DNA from: Octopus sinensis | Lineage: Eukaryota | Direction of reading: 5' to 3' | Assembly: GCF_006345805.1 (NCBI RefSeq) | Contig: NW_021833848.1 | Coordinates: forward strand, 1-53,655 | DNA: 53,655 nt | In this document: piece after piece, positions 24,621 through 35,889 of the stretch | Layout of the letters: every line of letters starts with the position of its first letter | Numbering within the stretch: the stretch's first letter is position 1 | Made by a program: the position numbers and the translations under genes | Notes under the pieces: model-generated | What the model saw: the letters and a program-made list of their open reading frames with translations, nothing else | Databases searched by the model: none | Told to the model about the DNA's origin: nothing

Positions 24621-25637
24621 ACGCGTACAGTACTTCGACTTTGAATCATTTTCGTAAATTTCTACCAATTAAAAATGAAAAAAAAGTGTATGTATGTATA
24701 TATGTATATGTAAAAATGTGTATATGTGTGTGTTTGTGTATCAGTGTAAATTCCCCGTGACTTACATTTTCCTACAGGATAATGGAAATAAATAAACACC
24801 TTGAAGATGGGTGACAAAGCATGGCTCACAACTCCAAGAAAGCGAAATCTACGAAATATTCAAAACATTTGGAAAATGTGTGAAGAGACAAAATGGATTT
24901 GGACAACAAACATGAAAAGAAAAAGCATTCTGGGGATCAAGTAGTGCATAAGTGAATGATCAGTTAGCGATGTTGAAGATGGTGTTGTTGTTGTTGGTGG
25001 TGGTGGTGGTGAGATGTATGCCGTGGCGGTGGAGGTATCGGCGGTATTTCTTAGTAGTTTGCGTGTAAGATCATAATAGCTTGAAATGTCAACAATATTG
25101 GCTTATATCTTTTATGAAGTTGTTTACCATTTGCATGTTACAACAGCATGGGGCCATTATATATATATATATAATTATATATATATATATAATATATATA
25201 TATTATATATATATATTATATATATATATATATACAGACGATTTTCTAGTGAGACACAACGGGATGATGGCGGCGTAGGTTAAGGCATGGAACGAGAGTG
25301 AGGCACAATATATGACCTTTAACTTCTTGCGATTTCGAGAGTTTTAATCGGAATGCTTATTGTATGTGTGTCTGTACGCAATACATACACAATTTGTGAG
25401 TGTGTATGCATGCGCATGTGTACACGAAGACAGGCACACACACACACACACACGCGCGCGCGAGCCATAATTTAATAATACAATATATACATATATGTAT
25501 ATTATATTACAATCCATATATATATATATATGTATATATAATTAAATAAGGGTAGAAATTGATATTAATCAATTAAAACCAGTGGCCCTGCATATTTAAA
25601 AAAATATCCGAAGATTAAAATTTTTTTTTACATACAA

Positions 25638-25800
25638 AATTTAGAGGACTGACCACTAAAAGTGGACAGCCTATACGCTAGATATAGACGTCAAAATCGC
25701 CATTTTCCACGAAGTTTTTTTCTTGAGAGCACATTCTTCGTGGAAAATGGCCTATATCTAGCGTATAGGCTGTCCACTTTTAGTGGTCAGTCCTCTAAAT

Positions 25801-25801
<1 letters not shown>
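25638..25801. mobile_element. Palindromic fold-back element (MITE-like), 50-bp plus 16-bp perfect inverted arms
   Basis: 25638-25687 is the exact reverse complement of 25752-25801; 25699-25714 is the exact reverse complement of 25736-25751. Confidence 0.85.
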
Positions 25802-25838
<37 letters not shown>

Positions 25839-26667
25839 ATAGTAATCCGTCGATTCCTCCGCAATATTTTGCATTTATAATACAATAAATACAGACAATA
25901 AAATATACAGAACAGTACTGTTTCTACTTCGCGGATTTTCACCTATCGCGGGTGTTTTGGAACATAACACTCGCGACAGTCGAGGGATTATTGTATGTTT
26001 AAGAGGCACCTACAGACACACATACACGATTTAGCAAACATTTCCCTCCGTTACATATATCAAGGAAATGAAGTGTTGTAGCTTATTAAGCACATACGAT
26101 ACACCAGTTTATAACAACAGCAACGACAAAAAGGAACCATAATTATGGACAGGTCTCTCTCTATCTTTCTGTCTGTCTCTGTCTCTGTCTCTCTCTCTAT
26201 CTATCTATTTATCTCTCTATCTCTCTATCTACACACATGTATATTAGGAGAATGTTTGTGGATATATCAATCATCACAGACATTATCTCCATCACAGACA
26301 TCATCAGCACTAATATCAACATCGTTCCTCCTACCACCTCATCTAATCAAGGTCATCATCCTCCTACTCCTCCTTCACCTCTTCTTCTTCCTCCCCCTCC
26401 CACTTCCCTTTCCCCCCTCTACCTTTATAATCCTCTCTCAACACTGTCTGCTGTGGAAGCTTCACTCTTCCTTCTTCCCTCCCTCCCCCTCTCTCGCTTT
26501 CTATCGTCACTTCCACCTCTCCTCCCACCGCCGCCACCTAACTATCCACCACCACCTAATGAGGTGTCTGTTGTCTCCTTGTCTGATGTCTGCTCCATGT
26601 CTGCTTCTGTGTGTGTGTGTGTGTCTGTGTTCGTCTGTATGAATGTGTGTACGTGTGTCCTTTGCTA

Positions 26668-26699
<32 letters not shown>

Positions 26700-27165
26700 C
26701 TTTTAATTTATACGGATGAGATCAGGCAATGTGTGAGCATGCTTGTCGTTTAGTGGTATGCATATGTGTGTATATATATATCTATCTATATACATATATA
26801 TATACTCTCTTACTTGTTTCAGTCATTTGACTGCGGCCATGCTGGAGCACCGCCTTTAGTCGAGCGCAAATTCTGCTTTTTCTTTTCTTCTTCCAACAAC
26901 GGTCCTGACATCTAATAATAAAGTTTATCTTGTTTTCTTCTTCTATTTCCGTTCCACTCAAGTACATCGGTCCATCTTTGGACATTTCCACTAACATAAA
27001 GAAGCTCACCTAACTATTTCCCTTCTTCATGCAAGAAGACCCCGATAGCTCTTCCCTCAAATATTCTCCATTTCTGGAAAAAAACGCTGTGGTCCTCCAC
27101 GATTCTCCTCCCCTCTCGAAGCAACGAGACAAATTGAGTGATAGGTGGTAACAATAGTAATAAAC

Positions 27166-27377
27166 CTCTCTACTCATAGGCACAATGCCTGAGATTTTAG
27201 GGGAAGCGGGCTTGGTCGATCACATCAACTAATGATCAACTGGTACTTATTTCATCGACCTTGAAATAAAGAAAGTCATCGTCGACCTCGGCAGTATTTG
27301 AACTCAGATCGTAAAGACGAGCAAAATGCTTCGCGGCATTTTGCCAGCGCGCTATAACGACCCTGCTACTTCGCCGC
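27166..27377 (-). mobile_element. Decayed family A SINE with tail Y
   Basis: CAACTGGTACTTATTTCATCGACC...GTCGACCTCGGCAGTATTTGAACTCAG...TTCGCCGCC on the plus strand. Confidence 0.85.
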
Positions 27378-27432
27378 CAAATAATAAGAGAAGTGGTTCA
27401 AATTTTGGTGTAATACATATATGCTTTCGCAT

Positions 27433-27482
<50 letters not shown>

Positions 27483-27499
27483 AGAGCATATATATGTGT

Positions 27500-27506
27500 G
27501 TGTATG

Positions 27507-27558
<52 letters not shown>

Positions 27559-27659
27559 CAAACAGACAGTTAGATATATAGAGACAGATACACCATAAAG
27601 ATAGACAGACAGACAGCTAGATAGAGATAGATACACCATGAAGATAGATAGATGGATAG

Positions 27660-27718
<59 letters not shown>

Positions 27719-27740
27719 AACAGATAGATAGAAAAGTAGA
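27500..27740. repeat. (GATA)/(GACA)n tract
   Basis: Direct reading. Confidence 0.95.
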
Positions 27741-28445
27741 TGGAAGAAATTTTGACTCTACATTTATAACTCTACATTGAGTACTTGTTTTAAGTTGTAA
27801 TCTCTACACGATCCCTGACTGAGCTTGTGATGCACGCTCGCGCATTCATTTCGGCGTCTCCGACGGCTTCCGCACAGTTGTGAGTGACACACATATATAA
27901 CTTAATTCCCTAAAGTTGCTCTCAGCGTTAACAACAACAACAACAATAAAATACAGAAACAACTACTACCATCCATTAAACCTACGTAGATCACACAGTC
28001 TATGCGGTGGGTCCAGCGCTGGTTCTCACAGCATTACTCTCTTAACAGAAGGACACAAACTCACCACCACCACCACCATTTCTCATTTAATGACAAGTGT
28101 ATGTCGGGCGGAGCACTTGATCTTGTCTAATAGTAAAGGTCACATCGATTTTACCCCATACCCTCCGTCTCACTCTCTTTCTCTCTCTCTACCTCTCCCG
28201 CTCTCTCTTTCAGCAGTAGGATGTGTTGATTGTTAAGAAGCGCCCCCCTGGGCCAACTACAGTGCTTTACACATCTATCTATGCCAGTCGTAGTTTCACG
28301 TCTGTGTATTTTAAAATTCGAGGGTTGCTTTCCATATCTACCATTGCTCGGTGCAGGACTTATCCATCCGTCAACACAACAGATACGAACGGGACCCTTA
28401 CATATGCAGAGAGTTTGTACTCAGGGTTATACATACATACATATA

Positions 28446-28607
28446 GGCGTAGGAGTGGCTGTGTGGTAAGTAGCTTGCTTACGAACCACATGGCTCAGGG
28501 TACAGTCCCACTGCATGGCACCTTGGGCAAGTGTCTTCTACTATAGCCTCGGGCCGACCAAAGCCTTGTGAGTGGATTTGGTAGACTGAAACTGAAAGAA
28601 GCCCGAC

Positions 28608-28608
<1 letters not shown>
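28446..28608 (+). mobile_element. Family B SINE 5' half, well preserved
   Basis: GGCGTAGGAGTGGCTGTGTGGTAAGTAGCTTGC...GGCACCTTGGGCAAGTGTCTTCTACTATAGCCTCGGGCCGACCAAAGCCTTGTGAGTGGATTTGGTAGAC, ending at (TA)n. Confidence 0.9.
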
Positions 28609-28661
<53 letters not shown>

Positions 28662-28662
<1 letters not shown>

Positions 28663-29036
28663 CATATAAAATCCGTTCTATGTGTGTGTGTGGCTTCTAG
28701 GATCTCGGGCATCCTCCATTCGATTGCGCTCAAATTTGATATGTAGATACCAACGGTATCAGGGCGTGTATAAGTCTTGAAAAAATTATGAAAATCGATT
28801 CGAGGTAAGAATGCGGTCGATAAAGCCGTGGGAACGTGCATTTGTAAAATCGTTTTTCTTGGAATAGAAAAAAAAGTCTATCTTTATTTCTTCTTTTGCT
28901 GGTGTCTCAAATTTAGGTTAAATCAGTGTTTCTCAACGGGGAGGCCTATGGGACGGTCGGACAAGTCGTTTTGAGAAAATTTGGTTTAAATGTTTGACAA
29001 CTCAGCACCGTCCATTGGACGGAATGCGTTTTGCTC
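28662..29036 (+). mobile_element. Non-autonomous Helitron-like element, copy 2 (3'-truncated), inverted relative to copy 1
   Basis: Begins A|TCATATAAAATCCGTTCTATGTGTG. 28865-28985 matches the reverse complement of 22878-22998 with only a few differences. Confidence 0.65.
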
Positions 29037-30029
29037 GTATATATATGTATGTATGTATGCATGTGACTGTGTGTGTGTCTGTGTGTGTGTGTATTACACG
29101 CACAAGGTTATTCTACGTACATCTTACCGCAATCATTCGGTAGGACTCTTGTGTTATGTATGCTGCAGCAGAGTCTGGGAAAGAGAGGAAGACACCGATA
29201 GAGAAGGAAGTAGCATTTAATGGGTGTGTTTGCTATCATCTTGACACGGTTGATTAAATAACGGCAATAACATAGGAACATGGCCAATATCACTGCCGTT
29301 CATCAAATACACACGGAAACAGAGACACATACAAACACACATAGAGACAGGCGTACACGAAAGCAAAATGAAACAAAACAAAAGTTGCAAAAGTCTTTTT
29401 AATGTTGGCGAGGCCTCTTTACAGTTTGAAAGATCAGTCAGAAGTAAAAACCCATAAGATCTTATTGACACGAATACTTCAAAGAGATAAAACCAAACGA
29501 GTTTCTCCCCGCGAAAACCGGAGACCCAAGTCTCCAGCGATGCGAATGTGCCAATAAAACATCAATTATTGCACTGGTCAGCCATCAGAATTCGATACGC
29601 GTGTGTTCGCGTATGTATACATGCGTGTGTGTGTGTGATTGTATGTGTTTAAAACCTGAGAACGGCTGAGTCAGTGTTTCGTTTACTATTGAATAAAGTT
29701 ACACAGGCGAGCGAGCGTGAGTGCGCGCGCGTGCGTATTTGTATGTCAGTCACTGTCTGTGTGACTGTTAGTACGTGCGTATGCGTGTCTGTGTGTGTGA
29801 GAATATAGTACCAGTTAAACCTGCAACCAAGGTACATAAATAAAAGAACGGCCAACAAAGTAATACAAACTGAATGACTTAAGACCACGTGAATAACCTG
29901 CTTGTGCTTCTCTGAATACAAAAACACCCTCGACTTTTTTTTCAGCAGGAGTGTCGTCTGCTTGTGCGCCATAAAACAGTCATTGACTATACATGTCTTA
30001 TATATATATATATATATCTATGTAAATAT

Positions 30030-30081
<52 letters not shown>

Positions 30082-30382
30082 ATATAATGTATGTATATAT
30101 GTATGTATATATATATATGTGTGTATGTGTGTAGTTATGACACCATGACGTTTGGAGGGGGATGGTATGTGTCTACCTGTAGACAGTCAGACACTTTCCG
30201 CTTATGACTCAGCAATAAAAAAAAATTAAGAAGCAGAAAAACGTACACTACACCTCATATGAAGGCCCCAGCATGGCCACGGACAAATGAAAAAAAAAGC
30301 AGTGAAATTAAAATGGGAAACATGTAACACATGGTGCATTTACACACACACACACACACATATATATATATGCATATATATA

Positions 30383-30553
30383 TGTGACCTCGTGTGTACC
30401 GTTGGCGATTTTTTCCTCTGTCTTCTCTTCTCTGGATCTTTCCTTTTCCTATGTTTCCGACGAAGAGCTCCGCTCGAAACGTTAAACCCTCCTTCTTTCC
30501 TGAGCGTCCAATAACACCATATTTGTTCCACGTCCTCGCGTTGTTGTGTTTTT

Positions 30554-30557
<4 letters not shown>
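30383..30557 (+). mobile_element. About 175-bp hammerhead-bearing non-autonomous element embedded in (TA)n
   Basis: Unique sequence flanked by TA repeats on both sides, homologous to 20085-20240, containing the 30453-30487 motif. Confidence 0.8.
30453..30487 (+). ncRNA. Minimal type I hammerhead motif, C4 variant, all three helices intact
   Basis: GTTT CCGACGA A GAGC TCC GCTC GAAA CG T T AAAC; helix I GTTT/AAAC, helix II GAGC/GCTC, palindromic ACGT helix III, predicted GUU cleavage after 30483. Confidence 0.75.
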
Positions 30558-30628
<71 letters not shown>

Positions 30629-30659
30629 TTATTTATTTATATATACACAGAGACACACA

Positions 30660-30850
30660 TACTTTTACTCGTTTCAATCACTGGACTGCATCCTGGTGGG
30701 GCACCACATTGAAGGGTTTGGTTCATCGATCAAATCAAATCAACCCCAGAACTATTTATTCGAAAGTCTGGTGTTTACTGTATCCGTCTATTTTGGTCGA
30801 AGCGGTAAGTTTCAGGGACGTGAACAAACCAACACTAGTTATTAAGTAAA
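30660..30850 (-). mobile_element. Family B SINE 3' half
   Basis: TTTTACTCGTTTCAATCACTGGACTGC...GGGCACCAC...CAAATCAACCCCAGAACTATTTATT...GGGACGTGAACAAACCAACAC. Confidence 0.75.
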
Positions 30851-31389
30851 CGACGGAGTGCCAAAACGATTCCAGATCTAGATTGATAAATCCATGCTTA
30901 AACCACCAAAAGAAGACAACGTCCCCAGTTTTTCTTCTTTTTATGATCCTTTTTTTCCCCCGGCGCACTGTATGTCCTATCGCGCAAAAAAACGCAAGGT
31001 GAACCAGGGCACCATTAAAATAACAAAATAAAAAAGAAATTGATGTCCTAGTTTAAGCAAAAAGAAAAAAATGCTTATATTGTTTATTACTATTTATTGT
31101 TAAATAACTGAAATTCTAAAACAGCTTACGTTGGATATAGTTATGTAGTCTGGGGCGTGGTGATCTTGAATAAAATTGAATAATTAATCTATGGTTTCAT
31201 ATTCTGTATTTATTATGTCAATATCCTGGCGTTTAGACGATGGAGGAAGGTCGAGAGGGATCACCAGTAAGGGATTGCTCAGAGTGTTTGTTAACACACA
31301 CACTGGCTCCCGAAAAAATTTCACTTTACAGCCGCCATTTTGAGAAACCAGTTTTAATGCCGAAACCTTGAAGTCATTACTAATGGTGA

Positions 31390-31650
31390 ACCATATGTAT
31401 GTGTGTATGTATGTATGTATGTATGTATGTGTGTGTATGTGTGTGTGTATGTATGTATTTATGTATGTATGTATGTATGTATGTATGTATGTTTGTATGT
31501 ATGGGTGTATGCATGTATGTATGTATGTATGTATGTACGTACGTGTGTATGTATGTTTGCCTATATGTGTGTGTGTGTGTGTGTGTGAGATTGTGTGTAT
31601 GTATGTATGTATGTATGTATGTATGTATGTATGTATATACACACATACAG
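31390..31650. repeat. (TATG)/(TG)n tract
   Basis: Direct reading. Confidence 0.95.
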
Positions 31651-31789
31651 TATGTGCACGTATCTATAGGAGTCGCTAGAACTTCCGGAAACCATTGCAA
31701 GTTTATCTCTTCTGGCTTAAGAAAGGGAAGGACATCAAATATTTCTAATATGGACACAAGACCAGAAGGAAAGTTGTTGATTTGCATCT

Positions 31790-33200
31790 ACCCCACTGTC
31801 CAATTGGTAATTCAGTCTTATCAACTTCTGGGGTGGAGAATGAAATATAAAATTTACTTCAGCAGGATTCGAACACAGAACGCAAAAGAACCCGAAGAAA
31901 ATGCTGCAAAACATTTTATCCAACGCTCTAATGATTCCGCCAAAGTACTACATATCCCTAATCCTAACAGAACAACTGGGATCTACAGCATTTGATCAGG
32001 TCTCACTGACCCGGGGCTAAAAAAATACTCTCTTTACGCATAATTGCTTGAAATATTGGCAGAAGGTCAAGAGTTTTAGGAAGAGGGGTAAGACGATTGC
32101 ATCGGTGCCAGTGTTTTACAAATACTTAATTTTACCAACGCCGAGGTCGATAAAAAGAATGAAAGTTAAAAATTGACTTCGACGGAACTTGAACCCAAAG
32201 CATCAGAACAAATTCTTTTAAGTATTTGTCCCACGTGTTAACGATTCTGCCAACACATCGTCTTAATGGTTTTTAATGATTTTTTTCTCTTCTTTCTGAT
32301 TTTAGGACGAGGCCAGCAATTTTAATGATAGATGGCTAGTCGATTATATCGACCTCAGCGCTCAAATGGGATTTATTTTATCGACTCTGAAAGGATTAAA
32401 GGTAGAGTTGACCTCAGCGGAATTTGAACTCAGAGCGCAAGGAACCAGAACAAATTCCGCTAAGCATTTGTCTGACGAGCTAACGAGTCTTGTGAGGTTA
32501 CCGTCTTAATAATTTTTTCTTTCTAATTTTGGTAAATTAATACAAGATTTGTCAACTATCAGTTTTATTGTATGGGGCTTGAGACATGGGAAACAACAGT
32601 TAAGTCAAATAAGCAATTACAATCATTCATCAACAGATGCTTGCGTAGTATACTTAAAATTAGATGGCCCGAACACATAAGCAATATGGAGCTATGGCAA
32701 AGAAGAAATGAAGTTTCAATTAGGGAGCAAATATTTAAGAAAAAGTGGAAGTGGATTGGTAGCACAATTAGAAAAGACACACCAAATGTAGCGAAAAGTG
32801 CTTTACAGCGGAAACCGGATGGATATAGAAACAAAGGTAGGCCTAAGATCTCGTGGCGTAGATCATCAACACAAAAGGAACTAGAGAAAGTGGGACATTC
32901 ATGGCAGAGTATAAGTACAGAAGCGAAAAATTATGCGACATGGAATTCAACTATAAGTGGCCTATACTCCGCGTTGGAGGGTTAAAGGCATAAAGAAAGA
33001 AAGAAAGAATTTTGGTAAAAGGCCATCAATTTTTAAGGAAAGACGGGTAGTCAATTACACCGATCCCAGTGTTCAACTGGTACTTATTTTACCGACCCCG
33101 AAAGGATGAAGGGCCTGGGCGGTATTTGAATTCAGAACGTAAAATAGCAAAAGAGAAATGTCGCTCAGCAATTTGTCTAACGCTCTAACGATTCTGCCAC
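31790..33200 (-). mobile_element. Head-to-tail array of four old family A SINEs, the last split by an RTE LINE
   Basis: Recurring reverse-complement cores and B boxes (GGATTCGAACACAG, GGAACTTGAACCC, GGAATTTGAACTCAG, GGTATTTGAATTCAG) at about 31870, 32190, 32425 and 33125. Confidence 0.75.
32537..33007 (+). mobile_element. 5'-truncated RTE-clade LINE (ORF C-terminus plus (AAAG)n tail) with 12-bp TSD
   Basis: SVLLYG/LETW (one-base frameshift) ... LQSFINRCLRSILKIRWPEHISNMELW ... KKWKWIG ... RNKGRPKISWRR is the typical post-RT RTE C-terminus. TSD AATTTTGGTAAA at 32525-32536 and 33008-33019. Confidence 0.9.
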
Positions 33201-33506
33201 TCTTATACTTTTTACGCATAACAATGTGTGGTTTGGCTTTAGTTCTCATTAATTTAATTTACAGGCCTATTTCAATATCACTACCACTAGCACCACTACT
33301 ACTATTACTACCACCTCCACCCATTTCACTCAGGATGGGTAAGGAATTGCTAAACATGTGCGTGTACATATGTAAATGAATGAGTCACAAACCCATAACT
33401 TTTACCCACCAGACAAAACACGTAACAGACTGCAAGCAACGTAGCGCAATGCGCTGGGAAACAGGTTATAGTAGTAGTAGCAGTAGTAGAATTGCATTAT
33501 AAATAA

Positions 33507-33567
<61 letters not shown>

Positions 33568-34010
33568 TACAAACAAAAACAAAATAAAGATCGAAGAAAG
33601 CCAATTGTTAAATAGTCATTGTGTTTGATGTCGTAATAAAGACTGTTACAACAACAATGTGTATTTTGTGTCGAATTCACACTGCAAAACACCGAGAGAG
33701 GAGGGGGGAGTCTCTAGGTGGTCAAGGGAACTTCAAGAAATAGAAGCCGATTTACCTCAAATTTACCCCCAAGTCCCATTAAAACAACAACAACGACGAA
33801 CAAACAAACGAAACTAAAATTAGTATCTTGGACTATGTCCGTCTAAAGAGAGAGAGATGATGATGATGAAATGGTCACAACTGGAACGCCTTTGATGATA
33901 GGACGATTCAATTAGGGCTGAGCTGATGGGTTTTTTCGTAGTGTAGAGTGCTTATACATAAAGATGGCTCTGCTGACTAAGATAAACTAAAAAAAGAATA
34001 AGCTGTATTT

Positions 34011-34407
34011 AAGCTGGCAGAAACGTTTGCACGCCGGGCGAAATCCTTGGCGGTGTTTCGTCTGTCTTTATATTCTGAGTTCAAATTCCGCCGAGGTCGA
34101 TTTTGCTTATCATGCTTTCGGGGTCAATAAATTAAGTACCAGTTACGCACTGGGGTCGATGTAATCGACTTAATCCGTTTGTCTGTCCTTGTTTGTCCCC
34201 TCTGTGTTTAGCCCCTTGTGGGTAGTAAAGAAATAAGTATTTCGTCTGTCTTTACGTTCTGATTTCAAATTCCGCCGAGGTCGATTTTGCCTATCATGCT
34301 TTCGAGGTCAATAAATTAAGTACCAGTTGTGCACTGGGGTCGATCTAATCGACTGGCCCACTCCCCCAAAATTTCGGGCCTTGTGTCTAGAGTAGAAAAG
34401 AATATTT
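34011..34407 (+). mobile_element. Family A SINE dimer (head-core-tailX-core-tailY)
   Basis: AGCTGGCAGAAACGTTTGCACGCCGGGCG head, two TTCAAATTCCGCCGAGGTCGA...GGTCAATAAATTAAGTACCAGTT cores, tail X then tail Y. Confidence 0.9.
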
Positions 34408-34772
34408 AGTACAACATAACTAATCCATCTTGGTAGATTTCCTTATTTGTAATTTGAGGTAGATTTGGCTGCTATTTCTAGCAGCTGAAGTGATTATAAA
34501 AAATGGCTGCCTGGTTGACTCCGGCGTCGTCATTCATGAAAGAAGTCAGGCACCTTTTGCTCACTTCTATAAAAACGTTTAGTTCTCACACCTATAAACC
34601 AAAAGTCATTGAGTAAATTGTCACTCGTTTTATTTCTCCCAAGCTTTCACACTCCTTTCTATTTTCAGATCAGTGTGTATGTACGTATGTGTTGCATTTT
34701 AACCCCGAGTAAGCCTTAAAGAAGCAGGCCATTCAAACCACAATCCCTTTCGGATTGTCTTATACTCTAAAC

Positions 34773-34993
34773 CAGTGCTTTTCAAACTTTTTGCTGGAGC
34801 GGAACCCCAAGGAAACATTCCACTGGCTCGAGGAACCCCCTGTGCAATAATTTAATTGTCTTATGCACACATATCTGCACAGGGAGAATTAAAAATTACT
34901 GCCGATTTCAGCAGTTTTGTAACTTCCTGAGGAACCCCTGGACTGTACTGGCGGAACTCAAAGGTTTCGCGGAACCCTGGTTGAAAACCACTG
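34773..34993. mobile_element. hAT-type MITE, 221 bp
   Basis: TIRs CAGTGCTTTTCAA / TTGAAAACCACTG; 8-bp TSD CTCTAAAC / CTCCAAAC (one mismatch). Confidence 0.85.
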
Positions 34994-35204
34994 CTCCAAA
35001 CGATGCCCAACGCTCCTACAGCGCCCACCTCAAAGCCATACGTTCCTTATAAAACAGAGCTCAGACCGCATAACGAGGGAGCGTACATGTGGTCACTTGG
35101 CCTGCTAAATATAGCAGTCGAATGCTTCTTAACACCTGACGTCCTTAAGAAAGGACGAGGCACATAGCGGCTCTTGTAGTCCAAGATACACTTTTATTCT
35201 GTAA

Positions 35205-35548
35205 CTTTCTTTTACTTGCTTCAGTCGTCTGACTGCGGCCATGCTGGAGCAGCGCCTTGAGGTTGGGTGGGTGGGTTTAGTCGAACAAATCGACCCCAGG
35301 ACTTATTCTCTGTAAGCCTAGTACTTATTCTATCGGGGACGTAAACACACCAGCATCGGTTGTCAAGCGATGTTGGGGGGACAAACACAGACATATATAT
35401 ACATATATCCGACGGGTTTCTTTAAGTTTCCGTGTACCAAATCCACTCACAAGGCTTTGGTCGGCCCAAGGTGCCACGCAGTGGGACTGAACCCAGAAGC
35501 ATGTGGTTGGTAAGCAAGCTACTTATCACACAGCCACTCCCGCGCCTA
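35205..35548 (-). mobile_element. Near full-length family B SINE with internal deletions
   Basis: Plus strand runs from TTTTACTTGCTTCAGTCGTCTGACTGCGGCCATGCTGGAGCAGCGCC to ACACAGCCACTCCCGCGCC; this copy links the B head to the B tail. Confidence 0.9.
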
Positions 35549-35551
35549 TGC

Positions 35552-35828
35552 GTATTTCGTTTGTCTTTACGTTCTGAGTTCAAATTCCGCCGAGGTCAAC
35601 TTTGCCTTTCATCCTTTCGAGGTCGATAAATTAAGCACCAGTTACGCACTGGGGTCGATGTAATCGACTTAATCCGTTTGTCTGTCCTTGTTTGTCCCCT
35701 TTATGTTTAGCCCCTTGTGGGTAATAAACAGATAAATTAAGTACCAGTTGCGTACTGGGGTCGATCTAATCGACTGGCCCTACTCCCCCAAAATTTCGGG
35801 CCTTGAGCCTAGAGTAGAAAAGAATATG
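35552..35828 (+). mobile_element. Headless family A SINE (core-tailX-partial core-tailY)
   Basis: GTATTTCGTTTGTCTTTACGTTCTGAGTTCAAATTCCGCCGAGGTC... ending CCTAGAGTAGAAAAGAATAT. Confidence 0.9.
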
Positions 35829-35834
35829 GATATC

Positions 35835-35889
<55 letters not shown>

